This document shows positions 27,214 through 36,361 of a DNA stretch of 38,705 bases, piece by piece. A program made the position numbers and the translations under genes. Position 1 is the first letter of the stretch. Every line of letters starts with the position of its first letter. This DNA is from Treponema sp. UBA4232 (lineage in GTDB: Bacteria > Spirochaetota > Spirochaetia > Treponematales > Treponemataceae). The notes beneath the pieces were generated by a model that was not told the origin of the DNA, did not search any database, and saw only the letters and a list, made by a program, of their open reading frames with translations. Location: assembly GCA_002396325.1 (NCBI GenBank), contig DGXM01000093.1:1-38705 (forward strand), in the 5' to 3' direction.

Positions 27214-29565
27214 ATGGTTATTGCGATTGACGGACCTGCCGGAACCGGAAAAAGTACGGTTGCCCATGCTGTTGCGAAGGATTTGGGGATAGTTTATCTT
27301 AACAGCGGAAGTTTTTATCGAGCTCTTACTCTGGCCGCAATTGACTCGGGAATTGACCTGAATGACTCTGATGCGGTTATGGACTTTGCCCGGAAACAGA
27401 AGCTTGATTATGTGAACGCGCATCTGATTCTGAATGGAAAGGATGTGGAGGACAAGCTTCATCAGGACAAGGTGGATTCCAATGTTTCTCAGGTTTCTTC
27501 CATAGTTCCGCTAAGACATTTGGTCAATGACAGAATGCGTGAAATAGTGAAGTCTCTCAGCGTGATTTGCGAAGGCCGCGATATGACCACGGTGGTTTTC
27601 CCGAACGCCGAGTATAAGTTTTATCTTGACGCAAGTATTGATGTTCAGGCAAAAAGACGTTTCGACCAAGGGGTCAGCAGCCTTTCGCTTGAAGAAATAA
27701 AGGCCGCAATCATAAAAAGGGATGAAATGGATCGAAATAAGGCTGAAGGATCTTTAAAAAAAGCAAAAGATGCTGTATATATTGACACTTCAGACTTGAC
27801 CATTAATCAGGTTTGTGAGATAATAAAATCAAATTTAACACTTAAGGGTTATAACATGGAACAGAAGGAAGTGGAACTGAATGAAGCTCAGGACTCAAGC
27901 AACATTCACGCACAATTGGAAGCGTCGCTTAATAAGATTGAGTCAGTTGAGAGCGGTAACGTTGAAGGTACCGTTGTTGAAGTCAGAGATGACACCGTTT
28001 TTGTTGACGTGGGCACGGGTCGTGACGGCCAGCTCCGTATCTCAGAGTTCGGTGGTGAAGTGCCGAACGTCGGTGACAAAATCACTGTATTCGTGAGAAA
28101 TCCCTCCGGCCGCGATGGACTGCCCGATATTTCCAAGCTTATGGCAGACGAAAAGCGTCTTTGGGAAGAATTCAGCGCAGCATATAAAGACAAAACCGCT
28201 GTTGATGGTACTATCGAGTCTTTGACCAAGGGTGGATATATGGTTGACCTTGGCGGTGGAATCAAGGCATTCCTCCCAATCAGCCAGGCAGACAGCCAGA
28301 AGGTCGAGAAAGAAGAAAAACTCCTTGGACTCAAGGGAAAATTCTATATTGAACGTCTTTTCTCAAACAAAAAGAGAAATGTGGTTGTAAACCGTCGCAA
28401 GTATCTTGAAGAGCAGATCGACGTGAACCGCGACAAGTTCTTCAACGAAATCAAGATTGGAGACACCGTGAAGGGAACTGTAAAGTCTTTCACAAGTTTC
28501 GGTGCTTTCATCGATCTTGGCGGATTTGACGGTCTTCTCCATATTAATGACATGAGCTGGGGTCATGTGACTCGTCCGAAGGATTTCGTAAAGAAGGGGC
28601 AGGAGATTGAACTTAAGGTTATCCGCCTTGATCCCGAGGGAAAGCGCATCAATCTTTCTCTGAAGCATTTCACAGAAGATCCGTGGGTTCACTTCGAGGA
28701 AAAGTATCATGTGAATGATGTTGTTACAGGCAAGGTTACAAAACTTACTGATTTCGGCGCATTCATCGAACTGGAAGAGGGAATCGAGGGACTTGCACAC
28801 ATCTCTGAGTTCTCATGGACAAAGAAAATCAACAAGCCGTCTGACATGGTCAAAGAGGGTGACGAAGTTCAGTGCATGATTCTGGGCTACGATATTCAGG
28901 CCGGCCGTGTTTCATTGGGATTGAAGCAGGTTACAGACAATCCTTGGGATACAATCTCCGAGAAATATCCTGTTGACACAAAGGTTAAGGGAAAGGTCGT
29001 CAAGATTACAAACAGCGGTGCTTTCGTTCAGCTTGAGGAAGGTATCGATGCATTCCTTTCAGGAGAGGATCTTTCTTGGACAAAGAAGGTTAAGCATCCG
29101 GGCAGTGAAATCAAGGTTGACCAGGAACTTGATGTCATCGTGATTGAATGTGATCCCGAGAATCATCGTATCCGCGTGGGTGTAAAGCAGCTTACTGACA
29201 ATCCTTGGAAGGAATTCGCCAATGAATACAAGCCGGGTTCAACTCTCGAAGGTGAGGTTTCAAGCATTCAGGATTTCGGAATCTTTGTAAAGGCTCCCAA
29301 TGGAATCGAGGGACTTGTCAACAAGGCTAACTTGAGCGAAGACCGTGAGACTCCCTATGAGGAAGCTGTGAAAAAGTACAATGTTGGTGACAAAGTCAAT
29401 GTATACGTTGTGTCCGTTGACGTTGCAAAGGAAAAAGTGGCCTTCTCTGTAAAAGAGTATAAAAAGGCTCAGGCCCGTGCCGAGATTTCCCAGTATATGT
29501 CCAGCAGTGCTGATGATGACAGTGCCTACACGATTGGTGACAGCCTGAAGATTCAGAACAAGTAA
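27214..29565 (+). CDS. cmk-rpsA: Fused cytidylate kinase / 30S ribosomal protein S1
   Basis: IAIDGPAGTGKST and EGRD...VFP (Cmk) run without a stop into S1 repeats (FGAFIDLGGFDGLLHI, FGAFIELEEGIEGLAHISE). Confidence 0.95.
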   Translation: MVIAIDGPAGTGKSTVAHAVAKDLGIVYLNSGSFYRALTLAAIDSGIDLNDSDAVMDFARKQKLDYVNAHLILNGKDVEDKLHQDKVDSNVSQVSSIVPLRHLVNDRMREIVKSLSVICEGRDMTTVVFPNAEYKFYLDASIDVQAKRRFDQGVSSLSLEEIKAAIIKRDEMDRNKAEGSLKKAKDAVYIDTSDLTINQVCEIIKSNLTLKGYNMEQKEVELNEAQDSSNIHAQLEASLNKIESVESGNVEGTVVEVRDDTVFVDVGTGRDGQLRISEFGGEVPNVGDKITVFVRNPSGRDGLPDISKLMADEKRLWEEFSAAYKDKTAVDGTIESLTKGGYMVDLGGGIKAFLPISQADSQKVEKEEKLLGLKGKFYIERLFSNKKRNVVVNRRKYLEEQIDVNRDKFFNEIKIGDTVKGTVKSFTSFGAFIDLGGFDGLLHINDMSWGHVTRPKDFVKKGQEIELKVIRLDPEGKRINLSLKHFTEDPWVHFEEKYHVNDVVTGKVTKLTDFGAFIELEEGIEGLAHISEFSWTKKINKPSDMVKEGDEVQCMILGYDIQAGRVSLGLKQVTDNPWDTISEKYPVDTKVKGKVVKITNSGAFVQLEEGIDAFLSGEDLSWTKKVKHPGSEIKVDQELDVIVIECDPENHRIRVGVKQLTDNPWKEFANEYKPGSTLEGEVSSIQDFGIFVKAPNGIEGLVNKANLSEDRETPYEEAVKKYNVGDKVNVYVVSVDVAKEKVAFSVKEYKKAQARAEISQYMSSSADDDSAYTIGDSLKIQNK
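27796..27858 (+). promoter_or_regulatory. Internal promoter, SD and in-frame ATG at the Cmk/S1 boundary
   Basis: TTGACC(27796-801)-N17-GATAAT(27819-24) with TGn; AAGGG(27844-48)-N7-ATG27856. Confidence 0.6.
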
Positions 29566-29577
29566 ATGTGATGCCCG

Positions 29578-31134
29578 ATGAGTGATAACAATTCTATTTC
29601 AATGGAGCGTTTGCAGTCGCTCATCGAGTTGAATACACGTATCAATACAAGTTATCTTGATCCAAGTACAATGTTGGTTACGATTTTGGAGTCGGCAATG
29701 TGCTTGGTTCACTGTGAATCGTCTTCAATTCTTTTGGTCAATAACAAAGACGGTTCCCTGCGGTTTATGGTTGCCCTTGGACCTAAGGGGCCGCAGATTG
29801 AAAACACCGCTGTAAGCAGCAATTCCATCGCGGGTTGGGTCGCACAGCACAATGAGTCTGTGATAATTAACGATGTGCCCAACGACAAGCGTTTCAATTC
29901 ATCAATACAAAAGAAAACACGGTATATCACCCGCAATATGATTGCGTTCCCGATGATGGTCGGAAACGAGTGTGTCGGTGTGATTGAGCTTTTGAACAAA
30001 GCCGGTGGACTTGATTTCGATAAAAACGACATGGCAATCCTTGAACTTATGGGAAACCATGCCGGGACTGCTTATCAGAATGCATCGCAATTCCGTACTG
30101 CACGTGACAATGTTATGGTGCTTCAGGATGCGGTGAATCAAGGGAAGGATTATCATACATTTGTTGCAAAAAGTCCTGTGATACTTGATATAATGAAAGT
30201 AATCGAGGATGTTTCAAAGACCAATTCATCGGTTTTGATTGTGGGTGAAAGCGGAGTGGGAAAAGAGCTTTTTGCGGAACAGATTCACTTGAAGAGTCCA
30301 AGAAACAACAGGCCTTTCGTCAGAGTTTCCTGTGCCGCATTGTCTCCCTCTTTGCTCGAAAGCGAACTTTTCGGACATGTGAAAGGCGCATTTACGAATG
30401 CGGTTTCCAATCAGACAGGCCGTTTTGAAATGGCGGATGGTGGTACTCTGTTCCTTGACGAAATAGGCGAAATGCCCATAAATCTTCAGTCAAAGCTCCT
30501 TCGTGCAATTCAGGAAAAGAAATTCGAGCGTGTGGGGTCGAGTGAGACAATCTCCGTGGATGTGCGCATAATAGCCGCCACCAACAGAAATCTTGAGGAG
30601 ATGGTAAAGGCAAAGACTTTCCGTGATGACCTTTATTACCGCTTGAATGTACTTCCGCTTAATATTCCGCCGCTCCGTCGCAGAAAGGAAGATATAGAGC
30701 CGCTTGCTTTTTATTTTCTCCAGAAATACAGCACGGAGACAAAAAAGAATTTCCAAGGGTTTTCCGGTGCATCGATAAAGGCATTGTATTCATATTCGTG
30801 GCCTGGAAATGTCCGCGAGCTTGAAAACACAATCGAACGTGCATGCATCCTCTGCCAGAGTGAACAGATTCAAGTGCAGGATTTGAGGCTTCCTGTTTCC
30901 TATGCTGCAAAAAGTTCTTCAGACGGTTCAGAGGTTCAGGGCATTGCGGACGAGGCGGCATCTTCATCAGACCGTACTCTCAAAACCGCACTGAATACAT
31001 TTAAAAAACAGTACATCGAGCGTATACTTGAGCAGACCGGTTGGAATCAGACTGAAGCGGCAAGGATACTTGATGTGCAGAGGACTTATGTCTCCCGTTT
31101 GATTCAGGAGCTTCAGATAAAGAAAGCCCCTTGA
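29578..31134 (+). CDS. GAF-domain sigma54-dependent (AAA+/Fis) transcriptional activator
   Basis: N-terminal GAF; GESGVGKE, ESELFGH.KGAFTNA, LFLDEIGE, FRDDLYYRLNV, WPGNVRELEN; Fis HTH NQTEAARIL. Confidence 0.93.
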   Translation: MSDNNSISMERLQSLIELNTRINTSYLDPSTMLVTILESAMCLVHCESSSILLVNNKDGSLRFMVALGPKGPQIENTAVSSNSIAGWVAQHNESVIINDVPNDKRFNSSIQKKTRYITRNMIAFPMMVGNECVGVIELLNKAGGLDFDKNDMAILELMGNHAGTAYQNASQFRTARDNVMVLQDAVNQGKDYHTFVAKSPVILDIMKVIEDVSKTNSSVLIVGESGVGKELFAEQIHLKSPRNNRPFVRVSCAALSPSLLESELFGHVKGAFTNAVSNQTGRFEMADGGTLFLDEIGEMPINLQSKLLRAIQEKKFERVGSSETISVDVRIIAATNRNLEEMVKAKTFRDDLYYRLNVLPLNIPPLRRRKEDIEPLAFYFLQKYSTETKKNFQGFSGASIKALYSYSWPGNVRELENTIERACILCQSEQIQVQDLRLPVSYAAKSSSDGSEVQGIADEAASSSDRTLKTALNTFKKQYIERILEQTGWNQTEAARILDVQRTYVSRLIQELQIKKAP

Positions 31135-31141
31135 CGGTCAT

Positions 31142-31170
31142 TTGACAAAACCCCTGATTTTATATATAGT
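31142..31170 (+). promoter_or_regulatory. sigma70 promoter of TPR-lipoprotein pair
   Basis: TTGACA(31142-47)-N17-TATAGT(31165-70); leader hairpin TTCCAGC-TTTT-GCTGGAA follows. Confidence 0.78.
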
Positions 31171-31272
31171 ATGTAAATGCATTTCCAGCTTTTGCTGGAA
31201 TGTATAAATATGGAATGAAAAATCGTTCCTCAATCCGGGACCCATGCGGTTCCCTAGTTATTGGAGTTTAAT

Positions 31273-31968
31273 ATGGCTACTGTTCTTACATTGGACAAGG
31301 AAAAAAAGGAATTCGGCGCCGAGAAGAAAGTTGAGGGCTTTATGATGCGCCACCGCAAGGGGATTATCGCTGTTGCAGCTGTGGTTTTGGCTGCGGCTTT
31401 GGGAATCAGCATTGTTGTTGGTGTTATGGAGCACCAGCGCAAAAAGGGAATTGCGGAAGTATATGCCATAGAGACAACTTATAGAAAGAATTTCGTGAGC
31501 CTTAACGACGAAGAGATTGTGACTCGCCAGAACGAGGCTCTTGCATCTCTTGAGAATTACACATCGAAGACTGGAATTATCGGTGTCCGTGCCAATATGC
31601 TTGCCGCAGATATTTATTTTGCAAAGAAGGATTTCACAAAGAGTATGGATTGCTGGCAGGCCGCCGCTGACGCTGATAAAAAGGCATATACCGTTGCAAT
31701 CTGCAATTATAACATCGGAGTCTGTCTTGATGAGCTTGGAAATTCAGAAGAAGCTGTTTCATTCTATGAAAAGGCCGCCGAGGATTCTTCTTTCCTTCTT
31801 CCTTCACATGCATTGTTCAGCGTTGGACGTCTTAAGGAAGCCTCAGGTGATTACGCAGGAGCTCAGGCTGCATATCAGAAAATGGTTGACACCTACACCG
31901 ATGATCAGTGGACTGATTTGGCGCAGACCCGCCTTATCACATTGAAAATTGATGGAAAAATCAACTGA
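31273..31968 (+). CDS. Single-TM TPR protein (YfgM-like architecture)
   Basis: SD GGAG; one TM, then TPRs (YNIGVCLDELGNSEEAVSFYEKA, ALFSVGRLKEASGDY). Confidence 0.82.
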   Translation: MATVLTLDKEKKEFGAEKKVEGFMMRHRKGIIAVAAVVLAAALGISIVVGVMEHQRKKGIAEVYAIETTYRKNFVSLNDEEIVTRQNEALASLENYTSKTGIIGVRANMLAADIYFAKKDFTKSMDCWQAAADADKKAYTVAICNYNIGVCLDELGNSEEAVSFYEKAAEDSSFLLPSHALFSVGRLKEASGDYAGAQAAYQKMVDTYTDDQWTDLAQTRLITLKIDGKIN

Positions 31969-31989
31969 TAGAGAAGTAGGCAGGAAGTT

Positions 31990-32784
31990 ATGAAGGGTAG
32001 AAAGTTGCTGTTTCTGATTCCTGCCTTCTCTTTATTTTTTACAGTAAGTTGTGGACTTGATAATTTTTATTATCTGGACAGTCCCTTTTCTGATGGTCAC
32101 AGCGTCTCCTACACCAACTCTGATGCAGTGCAGGATTATTTCTCCTGCGTGACAAACGAGGAAGCCGGTACAGGTGGCAACAACGTTTTCTTTGGTTCTG
32201 CCTCTGACTTTACTTTTCTTGGAACCGAAATATATTATAAAATCTATAACAATTACAACAAGATGATAAGTGTTGAGAGTTCTGTTTCGTCAATGGTTAC
32301 ATCCAGTTCGTCGTATACAGCCGCCGCAGAATATCTTTTGCATACAGCAGGATACAAACCATTGGCATTGAGTTATGGAAGCATTTCACCTCTCATAAAG
32401 GCCGGTAATTCTCCGCAGAATAAGTACGTCTATATAAGGCTTTCTCCGTATGGAACTGACGTACCATATCAAGCGGGCATTTGTGTTTCAACAACCCGTC
32501 TGACAGAATATGATCCCGGTTCTGCCCTGACATTCAATGGGCAGCCTGTTTATCCGCGGCGTTATGGCTCCTCATTTGGATTCAACTTTTCTTCCTCAGA
32601 TGTTTCATCAAATCCGGTTCCTTCACAGGACGATTCGGATGTGACATATTCTTCGACTGAATCATCTTCCGGCACTTGGTATGTTGACATGTATGCCATA
32701 ACTGTGGGGCGTGACACTTCCTATTCACTTTCCTACAGTCATCCGTATCTTATGGGGTCTGTTGCAATAACAGTTGCAGACTGA
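31990..32784 (+). CDS. Putative Ser/Tyr-rich lipoprotein
   Basis: Signal MKGRKLLFLIPAFSLFFTVS-C with a spirochete-like lipobox at Cys21. Confidence 0.8.
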   Translation: MKGRKLLFLIPAFSLFFTVSCGLDNFYYLDSPFSDGHSVSYTNSDAVQDYFSCVTNEEAGTGGNNVFFGSASDFTFLGTEIYYKIYNNYNKMISVESSVSSMVTSSSSYTAAAEYLLHTAGYKPLALSYGSISPLIKAGNSPQNKYVYIRLSPYGTDVPYQAGICVSTTRLTEYDPGSALTFNGQPVYPRRYGSSFGFNFSSSDVSSNPVPSQDDSDVTYSSTESSSGTWYVDMYAITVGRDTSYSLSYSHPYLMGSVAITVAD

Positions 32785-32926
32785 AATTTCCTGAAAAAAT
32801 CCACGTTGCTTGAATTGCAGGCCAATCGCTCCAGTCTTCAAAACTTTTCATGCAGTTCTTAAATCACCATACCTCGATGCATATCCGCAACAAAGTTTCA
32901 AGCGTGGGGGATTGAATCCTCCGCAT

Positions 32927-32962
32927 AAAAAAAACGGACGGTAAATCAACCATCCGCTTTTT
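32927..32962 (-). terminator. Intrinsic terminator after tRNA-Arg, probably bidirectional
   Basis: A8-CGGACGGT-N6-ACCATCCG-CT5: 8-bp stem with T-tracts on both strands. Confidence 0.8.
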
Positions 32963-32980
32963 CCTTTGGTTTATTTCAGT

Positions 32981-33055
32981 TGACGCATGGCAGACTCGAA
33001 CTGCCGACCCTCTGCTTAGAAGGCAGATGCTCTAATCCAGCTGAGCTAAAGCGCC
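32981..33055 (-). tRNA. tRNA-Arg(UCU), CCA not encoded
   Basis: GGCGCTT-TA-GCTC-AGCTGGATTA-GAGC-A-TCTGC-CTTCTAA-GCAGA-GGGTC-GGCAG-TTCGAGT-CTGCC-ATGCGTC-A; A20 arginine identity element present. Confidence 0.96.
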
Positions 33056-33072
33056 AAAGATTTAATATGTAT

Positions 33073-33101
33073 ATAGTAGCACATTATCAAATTTTATTCA
33101 A
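33073..33101 (-). promoter_or_regulatory. tRNA promoter
   Basis: TTGAAT(33101-096)-N17-TACTAT(33078-73). Confidence 0.65.
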
Positions 33102-33140
33102 CTCCAAATCCCGAATTTTGATAAAAAAATTCAGATTTTT

Positions 33141-34826
33141 TCATTCACTTGCAGCGTTGTCAAGTTTGGAAATCTCTGCTGCAATGTAATTTCTGTATTT
33201 TTCAGGATTCACCTTAAACGCCACGATAGGAGAGTCCTTGTCTTGCAGCGCACGGTTCAAAGCCTCATTAGACTCACGTGCAATACGTTCTCCTGAAATA
33301 AGTCTGAGCGAACGGGAGGAGATTCCTATTGCAATCTGTGTATACAGTCTCCGCTTTGCAAGGGCTGCAATTATTGCCGTATGAAGGCTTTCCGCTGTCT
33401 CAAGGGCTTTGTCAATATCCATATTGTGAACAATAGCCGTGCATCCGCTTTGTTTGTATTCGAATATCAGGTCTTTGAATTTGAAAACATCTTCGATTAT
33501 CCTGCAGACTTCCTGACCGGCTTCTCCGCTCCATTCAAACTTCGGCATTGAAAGAGTAAACAGAGCCAAATCCTGATCAGAACTGGCAGCCCTTACCAAT
33601 TCAGAATCAAGGCGCGGGAGCATGTATTCTTCCCACCCGAAGCCCGTGACAGGAGAAAAAAGTCCCTTGGGGGCATCGGAAGCGGAATCACCCTGTAAAT
33701 CACCGCTGTTATCTTCATCAGGCAACCGGGAGTAATTAATCGATTCTTCCAGGGGAGGAAGTATCGGATCGGGGTTTTCTTCCTGCTTAACAACAGGCTC
33801 TGTTTCTTCAACAGGCGAGAAAGTGAAGTCGTTGTCTTCGGTTTTCTCATTTTCCTTGATCGTTTCTTCTTCGGGAAGCAAATCTTTTGTGAGAGCCTGA
33901 TATTCTTCCTGAGTGATGTTGGGCATAAAGGGAGAAGGCGCATATCCATTCTCATCAGGGTTGAAATCATCTTCGGCTTCTGCTATATCGGCTTCTTCGA
34001 AATCTGCAGCGGAATTGAAATCTTTGTTTGAATCCCCTACGGCTTCTGTCTCATCGGAAGTTTCAGACCTGACGTTTGAAGTCACAATTTCATCTTCAGG
34101 AAAATCATATTCCTGATCAAAAGCTTCTGTGTCATCAGTTTCCGTCTGATCGGATTCAGGGGTTTCGTATGGTTCGTCCGTTATGTTATTCGTATCATCC
34201 GAGTCTGGAAAATCTTCCGGAGGAGCGGCATCCTCATTTTTCTCATTAAAGGAATCTGCCGGCGTTGGAATTTCCTTGAACAAATCCTCTTCTTCAGGCT
34301 CCTCTGTGGTCACGGTCGGCGTATGCGGAGTTGCAAGGTAAAGTGAAATAAGGTAAAGCACAGATGCAAGGGTTGCCGCAAGAATCACAATGAAAGCCGC
34401 AAGACCCTTGTTGTAAATCGATTTGGGCGTGAGTTTGTAAAGTGCCGTTGTGAGCGTGAGTTTAGAGCCGTCCTGAGTCCTCAAGTCGTCACTGTTGACA
34501 GAAACGAGCGATGATTTGGTGCTGCCGTTTTCGGAAATGTTTTTCGGATACGAGAAGATGAGGTTCCCGTTGTGAACAAGCTGTATGCCGGCAAAATCCG
34601 AAAGGTCTCCAATCGAACGGAGAAAAGCGTTTGTGAATATTTCTGAGCCGGGTTCATTCACCTGAAGATTCTGGTTTGTTTCTCTGATTAATTCTGCGCG
34701 TCTGGCTGTTGTCCGCTCGGAACCTGACTTGTATTCCAGGAAGAGCGAGATTCCGTAAGTAAGAGCGGTGGCCGCATATATGATTGAGATGCAGACTGCA
34801 AAAATAAAATTCCTCTTATTTTTCAT
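33141..34826 (-). CDS. Two-TM protein with long acidic linker and degenerate GGDEF-like domain (start probably ATG 34826)
   Basis: TM - periplasmic domain - TM; ~220 aa D/E/P-rich; SPVTGFG..RLDSELVRA..DLAL, IAIGIS, ALNRA; GGDEF position reads KQSGC. Confidence 0.78.
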   Translation of the reverse strand: MKNKRNFIFAVCISIIYAATALTYGISLFLEYKSGSERTTARRAELIRETNQNLQVNEPGSEIFTNAFLRSIGDLSDFAGIQLVHNGNLIFSYPKNISENGSTKSSLVSVNSDDLRTQDGSKLTLTTALYKLTPKSIYNKGLAAFIVILAATLASVLYLISLYLATPHTPTVTTEEPEEEDLFKEIPTPADSFNEKNEDAAPPEDFPDSDDTNNITDEPYETPESDQTETDDTEAFDQEYDFPEDEIVTSNVRSETSDETEAVGDSNKDFNSAADFEEADIAEAEDDFNPDENGYAPSPFMPNITQEEYQALTKDLLPEEETIKENEKTEDNDFTFSPVEETEPVVKQEENPDPILPPLEESINYSRLPDEDNSGDLQGDSASDAPKGLFSPVTGFGWEEYMLPRLDSELVRAASSDQDLALFTLSMPKFEWSGEAGQEVCRIIEDVFKFKDLIFEYKQSGCTAIVHNMDIDKALETAESLHTAIIAALAKRRLYTQIAIGISSRSLRLISGERIARESNEALNRALQDKDSPIVAFKVNPEKYRNYIAAEISKLDNAASE

Positions 34827-36360
34827 AAAATACATTATACCGTGTTAATTGAGAGTATGCAAGTTTAAGGAGGGCAAAAAAGGAAACTTTATTGCCACTT
34901 TTTTCATTTTTCCGCAAAAAGGCGATAAATGGAAGAATTGAGGCGGCAAAAGGATTATTTATGATTTCTTCCGGGCCTCCTTTGCATCCTTCAGCCTCTT
35001 TTTCCAGCAATTTCGACAATTCCCCAACGAGATTTTTGTGAAATTCGATGAAAGAAAAGTTTTTGTTCTTTCTGATTTCTGTTGACTGCTTCGTGTTTTC
35101 AAGAATTCCGTCTTTCAACTCGTATGAATGCAGTCTGCACCATTCAATCTGGGTTTTTTCGTAGTTTTCGAGTATTTCGCTTGCATAAGGATTTTCAAGT
35201 TTTCCCGAAAAAGGCGTGTTTTCCAATCTTTTGTGGAGAGGTGCCCTGAACATCAGCCCGTCGTATTTTGTCTCTGCGGGTGAGAGTTTTCCGCTTTCCG
35301 AGTAAAAATTCCGTTCCAGATAGGTTCCGTTTGCGTAGGGTTTTCCCCTGTTGTAAGAAAAGTCCGCACCGTACAGCACTATTTTTTTTGCCCCGAGCTG
35401 CCTTGCAAAATCCGCTGCTGCTATCGTGACTGTTCCGGCTCCGTTTTCAAGAAGAGGTGTGCCGGTGTCTGCAAGCATGGAAAGAGGATGGGAACTTGAT
35501 GCAAAGAAGATTTTGTACCCCTTGGATGAAACATGGCGCACTGCATCCGGATTCGCTCCCAGGTCGAATACAAAAACCGTTCCGTTTGACGCAGGATTTT
35601 CCGGGCAGATTGTGAAGTGTGTTCTCGAAATGTGCTGTGCGTCGATTGAAACCACAAAGTCGGGGATGATACCGTTTTTCAAGAGGGGTCCGTATGCCGT
35701 GTCAGTGGAAAAAATTTTCAGGCTGTCCCGTTTTTCCTTCAATTCGCTTATGCTTAGATCCAACGATGGACCTGCGGCGATGACTGCGGCTGTCTTTCCG
35801 TTGCAGTCTTCGATTGATGGATTTCCATTGAAAGTCGAAAGATTTATGCAGATGTTCCGCTGCCATATTTTTCCGAAATGCGATTGAACTGAAAAATCTG
35901 CGGAGATGATTGAAAGTGCTTCTTTTATGTCTTTCTGGATTTTTTCCGAAAGATTTGCACACTTTGTCTCCCATGCCCTTTGCGGCACTACTGAAAAACC
36001 GTCGTAAACGGCCGGAAGATAGTGGAGTGTGATTTTCTCCTTGAGATTTCCTGTGTGGCAGAATAAGATTCTGGAGTCTTTTTCCAGCTCCGCAGCAAGG
36101 GGATTTTTTTTGCAAAAATCAAGGCTTTCACGGTCCGCTTCCACGGCAAGCACAAAAGTCATCCCGTCTGCCTTTTCCAAAAGTGATTTTATGTGGAATG
36201 CTCCGCCTATGCCCAGTACCACGATGAAACCTGAATTTATTCCTTCTGCGAAAGTCTTTGCTTCACGTATCGGGTCGTATTTTGAGTGCATGGGTTTCCC
36301 GTCGTCGAATAGTGGAATCTGCAATCCTGTTTTCGATGCGGCCCAATCTGAGTAAATCAT
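34816..36360 (-). CDS. DUF115 / MptE-like / Maf-family protein
   Basis: MHSKYDPIREA, VLGIGGAFH, IAAGPSL, STDTA, PDFVVSID, GTVT, LYGADFSY. Confidence 0.85.
   Translation of the reverse strand: MIYSDWAASKTGLQIPLFDDGKPMHSKYDPIREAKTFAEGINSGFIVVLGIGGAFHIKSLLEKADGMTFVLAVEADRESLDFCKKNPLAAELEKDSRILFCHTGNLKEKITLHYLPAVYDGFSVVPQRAWETKCANLSEKIQKDIKEALSIISADFSVQSHFGKIWQRNICINLSTFNGNPSIEDCNGKTAAVIAAGPSLDLSISELKEKRDSLKIFSTDTAYGPLLKNGIIPDFVVSIDAQHISRTHFTICPENPASNGTVFVFDLGANPDAVRHVSSKGYKIFFASSSHPLSMLADTGTPLLENGAGTVTIAAADFARQLGAKKIVLYGADFSYNRGKPYANGTYLERNFYSESGKLSPAETKYDGLMFRAPLHKRLENTPFSGKLENPYASEILENYEKTQIEWCRLHSYELKDGILENTKQSTEIRKNKNFSFIEFHKNLVGELSKLLEKEAEGCKGGPEEIINNPFAASILPFIAFLRKNEKSGNKVSFFALLKLAYSQLTRYNVFYEK
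34834..34862 (-). promoter_or_regulatory. Promoter embedded in the 3' end of the upstream DUF115 gene
   Basis: TTGCAT(34862-57)-N17-TATAAT(34839-34)-N7-ATG34826. Confidence 0.7.
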
Positions 36361-36361
36361 A

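Noticed and set aside
31990-33055. Genomic island integrated at tRNA-Arg
   Set aside because: No integrase, no duplicated tRNA 3' end and no obvious compositional break
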